35,343 nucleotides of DNA from a virus (Duplodnaviria; Caudoviricetes): IMG/VR virus record IMGVR_UViG_3300030118_003426, positions 1 to 35,343 of that record. One strand, 5' to 3'. Shown in pieces: positions 25,096-34,035 of the stretch. The position numbers were made by a program, and so were the translations under genes. The first letter of the stretch is position 1. Every line of letters starts with the position of its first letter. Under the pieces are notes generated by a model that was not told the origin of the DNA, did no database searches, and saw only the letters and a list, made by a program, of their open reading frames with translations.

Positions 25096-27264
25096 TTACC
25101 TCCTTCCGTCCGGCTGTACATCGGCTCGGAAAGATCCGAATCTCCAATTTTCATCTACATTAACATTTTCTATTTTTAAAGAAGCAAACCTTGCTCTTGC
25201 TCTTGTATCTATTTTGTTTGTTGAAGATTGAACAGTAAATGGACCAAGACTTGATGAGGTTTCTGTTTGTGCTGGAAAATCTTTAAGTTGTAAAGTAATT
25301 TTTGCATTACCAGACAACACTTTAAAGTCAGGAATAAAACGTCTTATCTTAATGAAAAACTCCCCATTACTCTGACCATCACTTATATCAAAGTCACCTG
25401 ACTCTATGAATGCAGGAATTGCTGTTTTAGCTCCTGTGCTGTCAACTTGATCTACACCTACCTCGTGTTCATATAATATAGATGCTCCGTTTGTACCTGT
25501 AGCACCTGTAATGACAGGAAATGTCGGTATGCCTGTTGCATTGTATTGAGTACCATAAGGTTGATCAAAAACTGTTCTATCATAGTAAGTTGTTCTGTCT
25601 AAAGAACTTATAGACCAAACACCCTCTCTATAATTAAATGTTACGTTTCGGTCATTTTGCGTTGAACCTGATTTTGGGTAGAACCAATTTATTTCTGTAA
25701 ATAAAGAATTGTATTGAGCAAATACTATATTTCCTGCTCCGTAATTAATTCCTAAATCATCTGGGTCAACATTAGAAAAAACAAAATCCTCAACTGTGCA
25801 AGGTATCCTTTTTACAGTACCATCGTAGACAAAGAAACCGCCAGCTTTACCCATCCAATATACTGCACCATCTACAAAGACTGCTGCGTGTTGACCAATC
25901 GCACCACAGTTTGATCCAACTTGTGTGATTGAGAAAGTAAATGGAGGTCCAACAAACTGCATTCTGTATGCAGAGGTATCTGTTAAAATTAAAATGTAAT
26001 CTTTACCTTTAACAGCTCCTACAATTCTTGTACCTGAATCAAGTTGAAATGTACCTGCTGTGTTTGTTGATGTTGGTGCATAGGTGTCTCTAGCCTCTTG
26101 ATCTGAAAAACGAATAAACATAGGGTCTTGAGTTCCTGAGTTACCAATTGTTTTCTCTGTGCCTAAATGAATAACGTGTCTATCTCTGTCAGAGATAATT
26201 GTTTGAATAGATTTGGTTGGCATACCAGTTGATACTGTTGCTCTAGTTGTTAGACCAGTACTAGGATCCCATTCAAATGTTCTTCCATCTTTTATTGTGG
26301 CTAATAATATTTGACCAAAATTATCAAGGCTCCAAGAACCGGGTTCTAGACTTACTTGACTTGCATCTGAGGCTGAACCCCACCCTACATAATTTGTAGC
26401 ATTGTTGACATTGACTCCACTATTATGAGCTGACCTTGTTGAACCCAAAGCCGCTCGTGTAATATTTTGTAAATCATTTCCTGCTTTTGCTGTATAGGTA
26501 ATAAGCTCAGCACCAACTATTATTGTTCCTGATGTAGGAAAAGAAGAGGCACTTGTAAGTGTAATACTTGTGCCAGAACCACCTGTACCAGCAGTATCAT
26601 CTTGAAGAGCACCATTAAGGGTGCTAAAAGCTTCGTTTTCTATATCACCACCCCACAGTCCGGTACCAAAACCAAAGCCGACTACTTGAGAAGCGTTTCC
26701 CACTACTACATATGGTGTAGCTGCTATAGATCCTCCTGCGCTCAAGCCTGCTCCAGATTCGACAGAGTTCATAGTGACTGTAAAGGCACCAGCATTGACT
26801 ATGGCAGATACCTCAAACTGTGTGTTTATAAAATCAGCTTGTGTGAATCCAGTACCACTGCCTGGAATTGTTACATCTGAAAACTCAATAATCTCACCAG
26901 CTGTGAAATTGTGATCTGCTAAATTAATTGTAACTGTACTAGAGTTGTTTGTTGTAGTAATTGTTCCTGATGTTATTTTACTACCAAGTGGTGATATGTC
27001 ATAAAAAGCTCCGTCGTGATAGAGAAACAAACCTTTGTGTGTGCCGACAGCAATGTATCTTTTACCATCAAGGTCAGACCAGATGTGCATATCTCGAGCA
27101 ACACCAACAAGTGTGTTACTTGTTTCTTGTCTCCAACCACCTATCTTTTCAGGTTCTCCATAACGAAAACGAACAAAATCAGCATCTGTCCAACGACTTT
27201 GAGCAGTTGTTTGTGTGACCTGTTTATTGATGCCTGATTCAAATGGTACTCTAATTAATGCCAT
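25096..27264 (-). CDS. Tail tubular protein B / stabilisation (nozzle) protein with inserted beta-domains
   Basis: 722 aa beta-rich protein; VRFRYGEPEKIGGW, FIRFSDQE, VGPPFTF, C-terminal DVQPDGRR; position in the tail module. Confidence 0.8.
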   Translation of the reverse strand: MALIRVPFESGINKQVTQTTAQSRWTDADFVRFRYGEPEKIGGWRQETSNTLVGVARDMHIWSDLDGKRYIAVGTHKGLFLYHDGAFYDISPLGSKITSGTITTTNNSSTVTINLADHNFTAGEIIEFSDVTIPGSGTGFTQADFINTQFEVSAIVNAGAFTVTMNSVESGAGLSAGGSIAATPYVVVGNASQVVGFGFGTGLWGGDIENEAFSTLNGALQDDTAGTGGSGTSITLTSASSFPTSGTIIVGAELITYTAKAGNDLQNITRAALGSTRSAHNSGVNVNNATNYVGWGSASDASQVSLEPGSWSLDNFGQILLATIKDGRTFEWDPSTGLTTRATVSTGMPTKSIQTIISDRDRHVIHLGTEKTIGNSGTQDPMFIRFSDQEARDTYAPTSTNTAGTFQLDSGTRIVGAVKGKDYILILTDTSAYRMQFVGPPFTFSITQVGSNCGAIGQHAAVFVDGAVYWMGKAGGFFVYDGTVKRIPCTVEDFVFSNVDPDDLGINYGAGNIVFAQYNSLFTEINWFYPKSGSTQNDRNVTFNYREGVWSISSLDRTTYYDRTVFDQPYGTQYNATGIPTFPVITGATGTNGASILYEHEVGVDQVDSTGAKTAIPAFIESGDFDISDGQSNGEFFIKIRRFIPDFKVLSGNAKITLQLKDFPAQTETSSSLGPFTVQSSTNKIDTRARARFASLKIENVNVDENWRFGSFRADVQPDGRR

Positions 27265-28004
27265 ATTTTACTTTTTAATATTTCTCTTGGTATAGTATAG
27301 TCTATATTATAACATTCGCCAACTACCTTGCTAAACTCGTGCATACATTGATAATTATTTGGGTAAGCTCTTTTCATCTTATATTCTGAGGGAGGTCTGT
27401 CATACAGTTCCCATTTTAATTCATTCAATTTAATTGTGTTAATGTTTGCATCTTGCATAATGAGTGGTAATTGATCTCTTATAAGTAAATGTTTGTAAGT
27501 TTTCCACCATTTTTTGTTAATTGATGCACACTGTTTGTTTCCTTGCCTTACAACAAAACCAGTTAAATAAGATTTGTTTATATTCTTATTATCCATAAAT
27601 AACTCAACAACCTGACCTAAGTGTATGAACCCCTCTAAATACCAATCAAAAACTTCATCTATAAAACAATTTCTAAAAGGGTGTTTTAATGTTGTAAATG
27701 TAAAATTCTTCAATAATTTTTTACCTATTTTCGTAACGTGTTTTGTAAGTTTTACATCTGTGTCAATGTAGATAGTGTCCTTGTTTGGAAAAAAAAGATG
27801 TGAGTTAATTTTGTAAAAAGCCTGATGAGTTTTTTTTGCAAAGGCATTACTGCCAATACAATGCTTATCATTAAGTTTGACTTGTTGCCAAGGTTTAGGT
27901 ACTTTTTTATTAGTAAAAGCATAATACTCGCAATCAGGATCTACATAATCTGGTGGTCTAATAAAGTTTGTGTTATTCGTTAAAACAGTATAAATTACAG
28001 TCAT
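27255..28004 (-). CDS. Glycosyltransferase-like protein (DUF616/TOD1-MUCI70-like)
   Basis: VIYTVLT, IYIDTD, HPFRNCFIDE, RDQLPL. Confidence 0.7.
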   Translation of the reverse strand: MTVIYTVLTNNTNFIRPPDYVDPDCEYYAFTNKKVPKPWQQVKLNDKHCIGSNAFAKKTHQAFYKINSHLFFPNKDTIYIDTDVKLTKHVTKIGKKLLKNFTFTTLKHPFRNCFIDEVFDWYLEGFIHLGQVVELFMDNKNINKSYLTGFVVRQGNKQCASINKKWWKTYKHLLIRDQLPLIMQDANINTIKLNELKWELYDRPPSEYKMKRAYPNNYQCMHEFSKVVGECYNIDYTIPREILKSKIWH

Positions 28005-28595
28005 ATGTTCAAAAAATATATCACCTCAATTGATCAAACACAAAGTTTTTTTACTAATGTTACTTATCCACGAAATGTTAATATTTTTCACGGACACTAC
28101 CCAGAAGTTCACGAATTGCATAATCTTAAATTATTAATAGATGAAAAACTTAAGACTAATTTAGATAAACAACAAACAAATGTGTATGCTGAAAAAACAG
28201 AATTTAATGTTCTAAATGATAGTGAGGTAGTAAAAAATTTTTTAGGTTATGTACATAAACAAATAAGTTTATCACCAGGTGGTCAATTTATAAAATTTTG
28301 GAACGAAATGTTTGTGATGGAAACTTGGGGCAATCGAATGAACAAAGGTGACTATATAAAAAACCACGTTCACAATTGTTTACATTTAATTCTATATCTT
28401 ACAGAGGGAGTTGAATTGTTTCTGCCAGAGCTGCAGATGAGCATTGTACCAAAACCAGGGGATTGGTATCTTTTACCTGCACACCTTTTACACTACTCAA
28501 ATAAAAGCACTTCTGAAGAAGCTCGATACAGTTTTGTTTGTAATCTTACAGAGAAAGCTAATTGGGACAGATTGAAAGAACTTAATCTATATTAA
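28005..28595 (+). CDS. Putative 2OG-Fe(II) oxygenase (HxH type), opposite strand
   Basis: ETWGN...KNHVH...ILYL...LPAHLLHYS...RYSFVCN. Confidence 0.8.
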   Translation: MFKKYITSIDQTQSFFTNVTYPRNVNIFHGHYPEVHELHNLKLLIDEKLKTNLDKQQTNVYAEKTEFNVLNDSEVVKNFLGYVHKQISLSPGGQFIKFWNEMFVMETWGNRMNKGDYIKNHVHNCLHLILYLTEGVELFLPELQMSIVPKPGDWYLLPAHLLHYSNKSTSEEARYSFVCNLTEKANWDRLKELNLY

Positions 28596-29185
28596 ATACG
28601 ACATTTAATCCACCCCGTCATAATGTATTTATCTTTATCTAATGGAGGATTGCCTCTGTGAACATATGGAAAATGAGCAGGTGATAAAATAATTCTGCCT
28701 TTTTTTGGTTTGACTCTACGTTTAAGATTTAAAAATTCTGTTTCTCCACCTTCAAAACCCTCATTCAGATAAATAATATAAAACATAATTCTTGTAGAGG
28801 AATCAAATGAGGTGCCGTGCTCAATGTGCCAAATGTGATAACCGCCTCCTGGTTGTGTCAATTGAATTTTTGCTGAGTCATAAACATAACCATTTTTATA
28901 AAAGTCATCAATGCCTGTGCTTTTTCTGTAAAACAACCAAGCTTGATTTAGATTTATAAAAATAGGTTTGATAGGAGCTTCCCATTCACCAACATTCATT
29001 TCATTTAGATCCATAGCCAAATCATTTTTTTGAGTGTTGGAACTGCCTTCAGAATCTAGTCTACTCATTACTTGTTTAAATTTTTTTTTATCATTAAAAA
29101 AAGTAATGGCATCTTGGCACATTTCTTTGGAAACTAGATTATCAACGACTCCAATGGAATCTTTGACATCAATATTTGAATGCAT
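28592..29185 (-). CDS. 2OG-Fe(II) oxygenase, prolyl-4-hydroxylase-like
   Basis: YHIWHIE, IIYLNEGFEGGETEF, YVHRGNPP, KYIMTGW. Confidence 0.9.
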   Translation of the reverse strand: MHSNIDVKDSIGVVDNLVSKEMCQDAITFFNDKKKFKQVMSRLDSEGSSNTQKNDLAMDLNEMNVGEWEAPIKPIFINLNQAWLFYRKSTGIDDFYKNGYVYDSAKIQLTQPGGGYHIWHIEHGTSFDSSTRIMFYIIYLNEGFEGGETEFLNLKRRVKPKKGRIILSPAHFPYVHRGNPPLDKDKYIMTGWIKCRI

Positions 29186-29571
29186 TATTTAGATTTATAA
29201 GAGGTTGGTTTTGCACCTAATCGCGCTACTTTTTCTTCTGCTGTTTCGTTTTCAACATTATCAGCATCCCAAACTGCTTGTAGCTCTTTCAGGTGTGCTG
29301 CATCCCAAATGTCTATAAATTGTGTTCTAAAATTTCCGTGTGTGTCTTCAGAATAAGCAGCGTGAGGTGTTGTATCTCTGTGCTCTACTTGATCTTTATC
29401 ATCATCGTTAGTCCATTGAATGGCCCACACATTTGAAAATTTTGAATCTCCCCACAATGCGTTATGGTCACTTCCTGTAAAAGTGTAACCACGACCTTGG
29501 TCAGCAAAATCGTCCTCGTTTTTGACTATCATTTTATCTTCAAAGACTACAGTCCAATTACCTTTTTTCAT
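29185..29571 (-). CDS. Putative tail-fibre assembly/accessory protein
   Basis: 128 aa acidic, Trp-rich protein directly after the fibre genes; AAGGAG SD. Confidence 0.55.
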   Translation of the reverse strand: MKKGNWTVVFEDKMIVKNEDDFADQGRGYTFTGSDHNALWGDSKFSNVWAIQWTNDDDKDQVEHRDTTPHAAYSEDTHGNFRTQFIDIWDAAHLKELQAVWDADNVENETAEEKVARLGAKPTSYKSK

Positions 29572-29580
29572 AAATACTCC

Positions 29581-30162
29581 TTAAGTTTTAATTATATATA
29601 ACACACTTACATATGGTTGTAAAACAGAAGTCGCTGAACCAGTAAATGTTGCTCCGTTTATTGTAAGATTGTGCCCGTGAGCTGTACCACCTCCAGTAGA
29701 ACCTGATGCTCCTGGAGTTCTGTAGACATTATACTTTGCATAATCTCCTAATGGAATTCCTCCAGTATTATAACCCGCGGTATGTGTATGAGCTGCAAGT
29801 TGTGCTGTGCTTAAAGTAGCATTTGCAGCAGATCCTGCAACACTGCAAGTTCCTGTACAAGCTACAGTCTCTGCCCCACCTGTTGAAGCTAAGGCTTTAT
29901 TGTTTGATTTGCCTAATGGAACATTATTTCTTAGATCAGGCAAACCAAAAGTTGACGAACCATCTCCTGCACCATAAACTGTTCCCACTATTGCGAAAAG
30001 AGTTGCATAGGTACTTCTAGAAACATTTGTTCCATCGCATTCTAAAAAACCAGTTGGAACTGATGTTGAACTCCAAGGAACGATGATACCTGTATTTACA
30101 CCTTGAACTCCTCCTAAGCTGGCTGCACTAAAATTATATCTTGTTGCTTCGTAATTACTCAT
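29581..30162 (-). CDS. Tail-collar-domain short fibre, paralogue 3
   Basis: GIIVPW...GFLECDG...SRSTYATLFAIVGTVYGAGDGSSTFGLPDLR; HTH and HGH; C-terminal LQPY...YIIKT. Confidence 0.92.
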   Translation of the reverse strand: MSNYEATRYNFSAASLGGVQGVNTGIIVPWSSTSVPTGFLECDGTNVSRSTYATLFAIVGTVYGAGDGSSTFGLPDLRNNVPLGKSNNKALASTGGAETVACTGTCSVAGSAANATLSTAQLAAHTHTAGYNTGGIPLGDYAKYNVYRTPGASGSTGGGTAHGHNLTINGATFTGSATSVLQPYVSVLYIIKT

Positions 30163-30764
30163 TTTATGTCTTTATAATGTATAAGATTGCTATGTAAGGT
30201 TGTAGTACAGAACTAGCAGTGCCTGAAAAAGTTTCTGTGTTAAGTGTTAAATTGTGAGCGTGAGCTGAACCACTACCTGCGCTTGCCATACTTCCCGCAT
30301 AATTTGCAGAATAAGGGCCTCTATCACCAGATCTATAAGTTCCGCCTCCTCCACCATATACAGACCCTCCAGTATGTGTGTGATTTGGTAGTTGAGCTTC
30401 GGTCAACGAAGCGTTTGAGAGTTCAGCAGTCACTGACAAGTTACCTGACGCAGCAACTGTTTCTGCCCCTCCTGTAGCTGCTAAGGCTTTGTTGTTAGAT
30501 CTCCCAACTACACAATTATTTTGTAAATCTGGTAAACCAAAAGTAGATGATCCATCACCAGATCCATATGTTGTGGCTACCACTGCAAAAAGATCTGCAT
30601 AAGTAGACCTTGATACATTAGAACCATCACAAAGTAAAAAACCACTTGGTACTGCATCCTTACTCCAAGGCACAATAATTCCAGTATTAATACCAGCAAT
30701 ACCTTGTATGTTTGCTCCTGTGAAATTATATTTTGTTGCTTCGTAATTACTCATTTTATGTCTT
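30141..30764. repeat. Exact 32-nt direct repeat at the two junctions between tail-collar genes
   Basis: ttgttgcttcgtaattactcattttatgtctt at 30141-30172 and 30733-30764. Confidence 0.9.
30164..30754 (-). CDS. Tail-collar-domain short fibre, paralogue 2
   Basis: Same collar motifs; HTH and HAH. Confidence 0.92.
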   Translation of the reverse strand: MSNYEATKYNFTGANIQGIAGINTGIIVPWSKDAVPSGFLLCDGSNVSRSTYADLFAVVATTYGSGDGSSTFGLPDLQNNCVVGRSNNKALAATGGAETVAASGNLSVTAELSNASLTEAQLPNHTHTGGSVYGGGGGTYRSGDRGPYSANYAGSMASAGSGSAHAHNLTLNTETFSGTASSVLQPYIAILYIIKT

Positions 30765-31331
30765 AATTAAATATAATAATGTTACAAATGGTTGTAAAAC
30801 TGAGGTGGCTGAACCAGTGTAAGTTCCTGCGTTAACAGTTATGTTATGTCCGTGTGCAGAACTTTGACCTGTTGCACCTGAAGTTCCTGGACCAATTCTA
30901 TAACTACCCTCACCACAACCATATGGTCCTGACCCAGTCCAAGCTTGGTTATGGGTATGTGCAGCCATTTCGTCTGTAGTAAGTGTATGATCAGCAGCAG
31001 TGCCCGACACACTTACACTACCAGCAGTTGCTACAGTATTAGCACCACCTGTAGATGCTAAAGCTTTGTTATTTGATCTACCTAAAGCAACATTATTTTG
31101 TAAGTCTGGCAAACCAAAAGTTGTTGCACCATCTCCAGATCCATAGGTCGTTCCTACAACAGCAAAAAGATCTGAATATGTGCTTCTGGATACATTGGAG
31201 CCATTACATTCTAGAAAACCACTTGGTATTGATGTTGAACTCCAAGGTACAATAATTCCAGTATTTACGCCTTGAGCACCCGTTAAATTAGACCCACTGT
31301 AGTTATATTTTGTTGCCTCATAATTACTCAT
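30756..31331 (-). CDS. Tail-collar-domain short fibre, paralogue 1
   Basis: Same collar motifs; HTH and HGH. Confidence 0.92.
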   Translation of the reverse strand: MSNYEATKYNYSGSNLTGAQGVNTGIIVPWSSTSIPSGFLECNGSNVSRSTYSDLFAVVGTTYGSGDGATTFGLPDLQNNVALGRSNNKALASTGGANTVATAGSVSVSGTAADHTLTTDEMAAHTHNQAWTGSGPYGCGEGSYRIGPGTSGATGQSSAHGHNITVNAGTYTGSATSVLQPFVTLLYLIKT

Positions 31332-31350
31332 ATGTTTAACTTATGTTTTT

Positions 31351-32052
31351 TTATTTATCTTTGTATACCCATCCTGCTGTTGCATCACCAGAGTATACTA
31401 AAGTAAAACCTGCACCCTCAGTAGATACAGTTAGGTCAGAAGACGCACCAGCTATATTGGAACTATTTCTACCTACAGTTAATGAGTTTGAATCAAAAGC
31501 AAGTTTTTGGTCAGAAAAAGTTACTTCATCCCCTAGAGAAGGAGATGCTGGTAATGTAACTGTTATAGCTGAACTTGAGGTATCTACAAATACTTGAGCA
31601 CCTGGTTGAACAGTCTCATTAGCCGTAAGGGCTCTCCACACTTTTGTTTCTTGATCTTTGACGATATCGGTTCCGTTTGAATGACAAATATAGTGATGCC
31701 CTTCACACAATTGAAACCCTGTAGCTGAGGTTACCTTAAATGTTAAAGTATAATTTGCGTGATTAGTGCCATCAATTATATTAAAAAACTTTTCTAAACT
31801 TGCTGGAAAATTGACAGTTCTATTACCTGCAAGAGTCCCAATAAATTTAATAGTCATATTTCTTGCATTAGATAAAGCTGCATCACTCATAACTAAAGTG
31901 ACATCCCCTGAAGCTACATCAATTTCTTGGTAACCTGCAATTGCCTGTTCAACAACAGCCAAATTAGTATTTGTCTTTGTGCCCCAAGTACCAGAGTTTT
32001 CTCCAGTAGCCATTAATTCTATTTTTAATTCCGATGAAAATGTACTCGGCAT
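31351..32052 (-). CDS. Proximal tail fibre / fibre adaptor with C-terminal T4 gp9/gp10-like domain
   Basis: N-terminal ELMATGENSGTWGTKTNTNL; C-terminal VDTSSSAITVTLPASPSLGDEV...LVYSG...GW. Confidence 0.7.
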   Translation of the reverse strand: MPSTFSSELKIELMATGENSGTWGTKTNTNLAVVEQAIAGYQEIDVASGDVTLVMSDAALSNARNMTIKFIGTLAGNRTVNFPASLEKFFNIIDGTNHANYTLTFKVTSATGFQLCEGHHYICHSNGTDIVKDQETKVWRALTANETVQPGAQVFVDTSSSAITVTLPASPSLGDEVTFSDQKLAFDSNSLTVGRNSSNIAGASSDLTVSTEGAGFTLVYSGDATAGWVYKDK

Positions 32053-32071
32053 AGTCTCTCCTTATTTTTTA

Positions 32072-32100
32072 AGTTTACATCAATTAGGCAGCAGTTTCAA
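32072..32100 (-). promoter_or_regulatory. Sigma70 promoter for the fibre cluster
   Basis: TTGAAA, 17 nt, TAAACT, followed by an AAGGAG SD. Confidence 0.6.
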
Positions 32101-32899
32101 CCTCGTCCCACCTATTGGTTACGTTTGGATTTATTTCACTCCAAACAAATGCAAAAGTGTTACCAACACTTGTTTGAGCAGTGACTCCACTTACAGTAAA
32201 GTCTACACTGATTGTTGTTCCTGGATCCTCAGTCCCTGTTGTTAAAGATAATCCTGTAACAGGATATTTTGCTATAGGATCTACAGTGCCTAAAGATGTG
32301 GCTAAAGACACACCCGTTACATCATATAAAGTAATTTGTTCTACAGCACCAATACTTGACGAAAGAGATAGTCCTGTAACAGGGACATCTGCATTACCAA
32401 AGAGTGTTACAGATCCAATGGAAGTAGTAGCAGTCGCACTTGCAGGTGTGTAGCCAGCAACAGCTCCAACACTACCAATTGCAGTGGTTGATGATACACC
32501 TGATACAGCAAAGCTTACATCTATGACAGGTATGCCATTTCCAAGAGTAGCTGTTAAAGCTATACCGCTTACATCTATATTAGTGTCTCCAAGAAACCCA
32601 AGTTGACCTGCAGAGGTTGTTAGGGATAAACCACTTACAGTCTCGTCTGCAGCGTTTGCTTCACCCCAATCAAAGTCACCCCAAGCAAAACGACCCCAAC
32701 CAAATAAGAACGATCCAGAGGCCGTTCCTATAGATGATGTCATTGAGACACCTGTTAATACTTGGGTATGGTCAGGAAAAGCTACAATTCCTTCACCAAT
32801 TGAAGTTGAAGCTGATACACCAGTTACTGTAACTGAACCATCGCCTTGAGCACCATAAAGTCCAAAGCCCCAAGTTAGAGCACCCCAAGTGTTAGCCAT
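32084..32899 (-). CDS. Ser/Thr/Gly-rich repeat structural protein
   Basis: About ten V[TS]G[VL]SxTxSxG-like repeats plus WGxxxWG motifs. Confidence 0.75.
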   Translation of the reverse strand: MANTWGALTWGFGLYGAQGDGSVTVTGVSASTSIGEGIVAFPDHTQVLTGVSMTSSIGTASGSFLFGWGRFAWGDFDWGEANAADETVSGLSLTTSAGQLGFLGDTNIDVSGIALTATLGNGIPVIDVSFAVSGVSSTTAIGSVGAVAGYTPASATATTSIGSVTLFGNADVPVTGLSLSSSIGAVEQITLYDVTGVSLATSLGTVDPIAKYPVTGLSLTTGTEDPGTTISVDFTVSGVTAQTSVGNTFAFVWSEINPNVTNRWDEVETAA

Positions 32900-32908
32900 T
32901 GTTGACCT

Positions 32909-33349
32909 TTAGGCTATTCTAATAATAGCAGCTGATGTTGTAAAAGCAGGAAACTGTATTGTAAAAGTTCCGGATGTTGCAGATTTATCACCACCAAAGT
33001 CTAAACAAGCAACAGCAGTATTACTGTTTGATGAATTATAAATTAAAGCACCTCTCGCAGTAAGTGTAACACCAGTAAATGATCTGTCTGCAAAATCAAC
33101 AATTGCTGTATTTGTAGCAACTGAAGTATTTTGTGAACCTTTTGCTAGTTTACCTCCACCAGAAGCATATTGCCCGCTCGCAGAAACTTCATTGTCAGTT
33201 GTAAAACTTGTAGTTGATTTACCCAAAGTAGCTGAACTTGTGTACAATGATATTTTAAATTGATCACCAGATGTTTGAGTAAAATCGTGTTTTGCTTCTA
33301 ATAATTCTTTTTTAAATGAATTACAGATAGCAGATGTAGTAATGGCCAT
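32909..33349 (-). CDS. Putative virion structural protein (146 aa)
   Basis: AICNSFKKELL, FKISLYT, ARGALIYN, LDFGGDK; position in the tail module. Confidence 0.75.
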   Translation of the reverse strand: MAITTSAICNSFKKELLEAKHDFTQTSGDQFKISLYTSSATLGKSTTSFTTDNEVSASGQYASGGGKLAKGSQNTSVATNTAIVDFADRSFTGVTLTARGALIYNSSNSNTAVACLDFGGDKSATSGTFTIQFPAFTTSAAIIRIA

Positions 33350-33373
33350 TATATATCTCCTATAAAATTAAAC

Positions 33374-34027
33374 TTAAGCTGAAGTAGAAGTAATCGGAAT
33401 TCTGGGTACACCATCTTCATATTGCCCTCTTCTTCTTTGCCCCATTTGTTGTAGAGCAAATGCTTGTACTTCTTCATTATACTTGTCAAAGTATACTTTG
33501 TATAGGTCTTGGGGTCCTTTTAGAAAACGGAAACATTCAACTAAAACACCATTAAGAAGTAATGCTTCTTGGTAAGTAGATATATAAGTTGTGTTAGTAG
33601 CTGTAAAATGTGGCGGATCAATAATATAATTTATTTGAATTGTAATTGTATCCACAGCTGGTGTAGGTGCTAAAATGATTGTACTTTCATTCCAATTAGC
33701 ATAATACTTTGGGTTACCTGTCGTACCTTCTCTGTTGAACTCAGTAATAAAACTTGTATCTCTTTTCTCTAAATAAGTTGATGCTCCAGATATTATTGAC
33801 TCTACTGATCTTAAATATATTAGGTCATCTGGTAACAAAATAAACTTAGAGTTCGTATTAGTGGTTGATGTTGCATATTTTCTTAAATCGTCAAAATCTA
33901 CTTTACCAGCTATGTCTAATTCAGTATTTCTAATAAATTGATCTAAAAGCACATCTGTTAAAACATTGCTATCTACCTCTGTATAATTACGAACTTGTGT
34001 TAAAAAATCTGAATAAGTTATAGCCAT
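33374..34027 (-). CDS. Tail tubular protein A / head-tail adaptor
   Basis: 217 aa; helical N-terminus, GNPKYYA, LAPTP, helical C-terminus; synteny. Confidence 0.75.
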   Translation of the reverse strand: MAITYSDFLTQVRNYTEVDSNVLTDVLLDQFIRNTELDIAGKVDFDDLRKYATSTTNTNSKFILLPDDLIYLRSVESIISGASTYLEKRDTSFITEFNREGTTGNPKYYANWNESTIILAPTPAVDTITIQINYIIDPPHFTATNTTYISTYQEALLLNGVLVECFRFLKGPQDLYKVYFDKYNEEVQAFALQQMGQRRRGQYEDGVPRIPITSTSA

Positions 34028-34035
34028 ATTGATTC

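Noticed and set aside
29581-31331. Diversity-generating retroelement or invertible shufflon acting on the fibres
   Set aside because: No reverse transcriptase or invertase is in the window, the repeats are direct, and differences include indels and are not adenine-specific.
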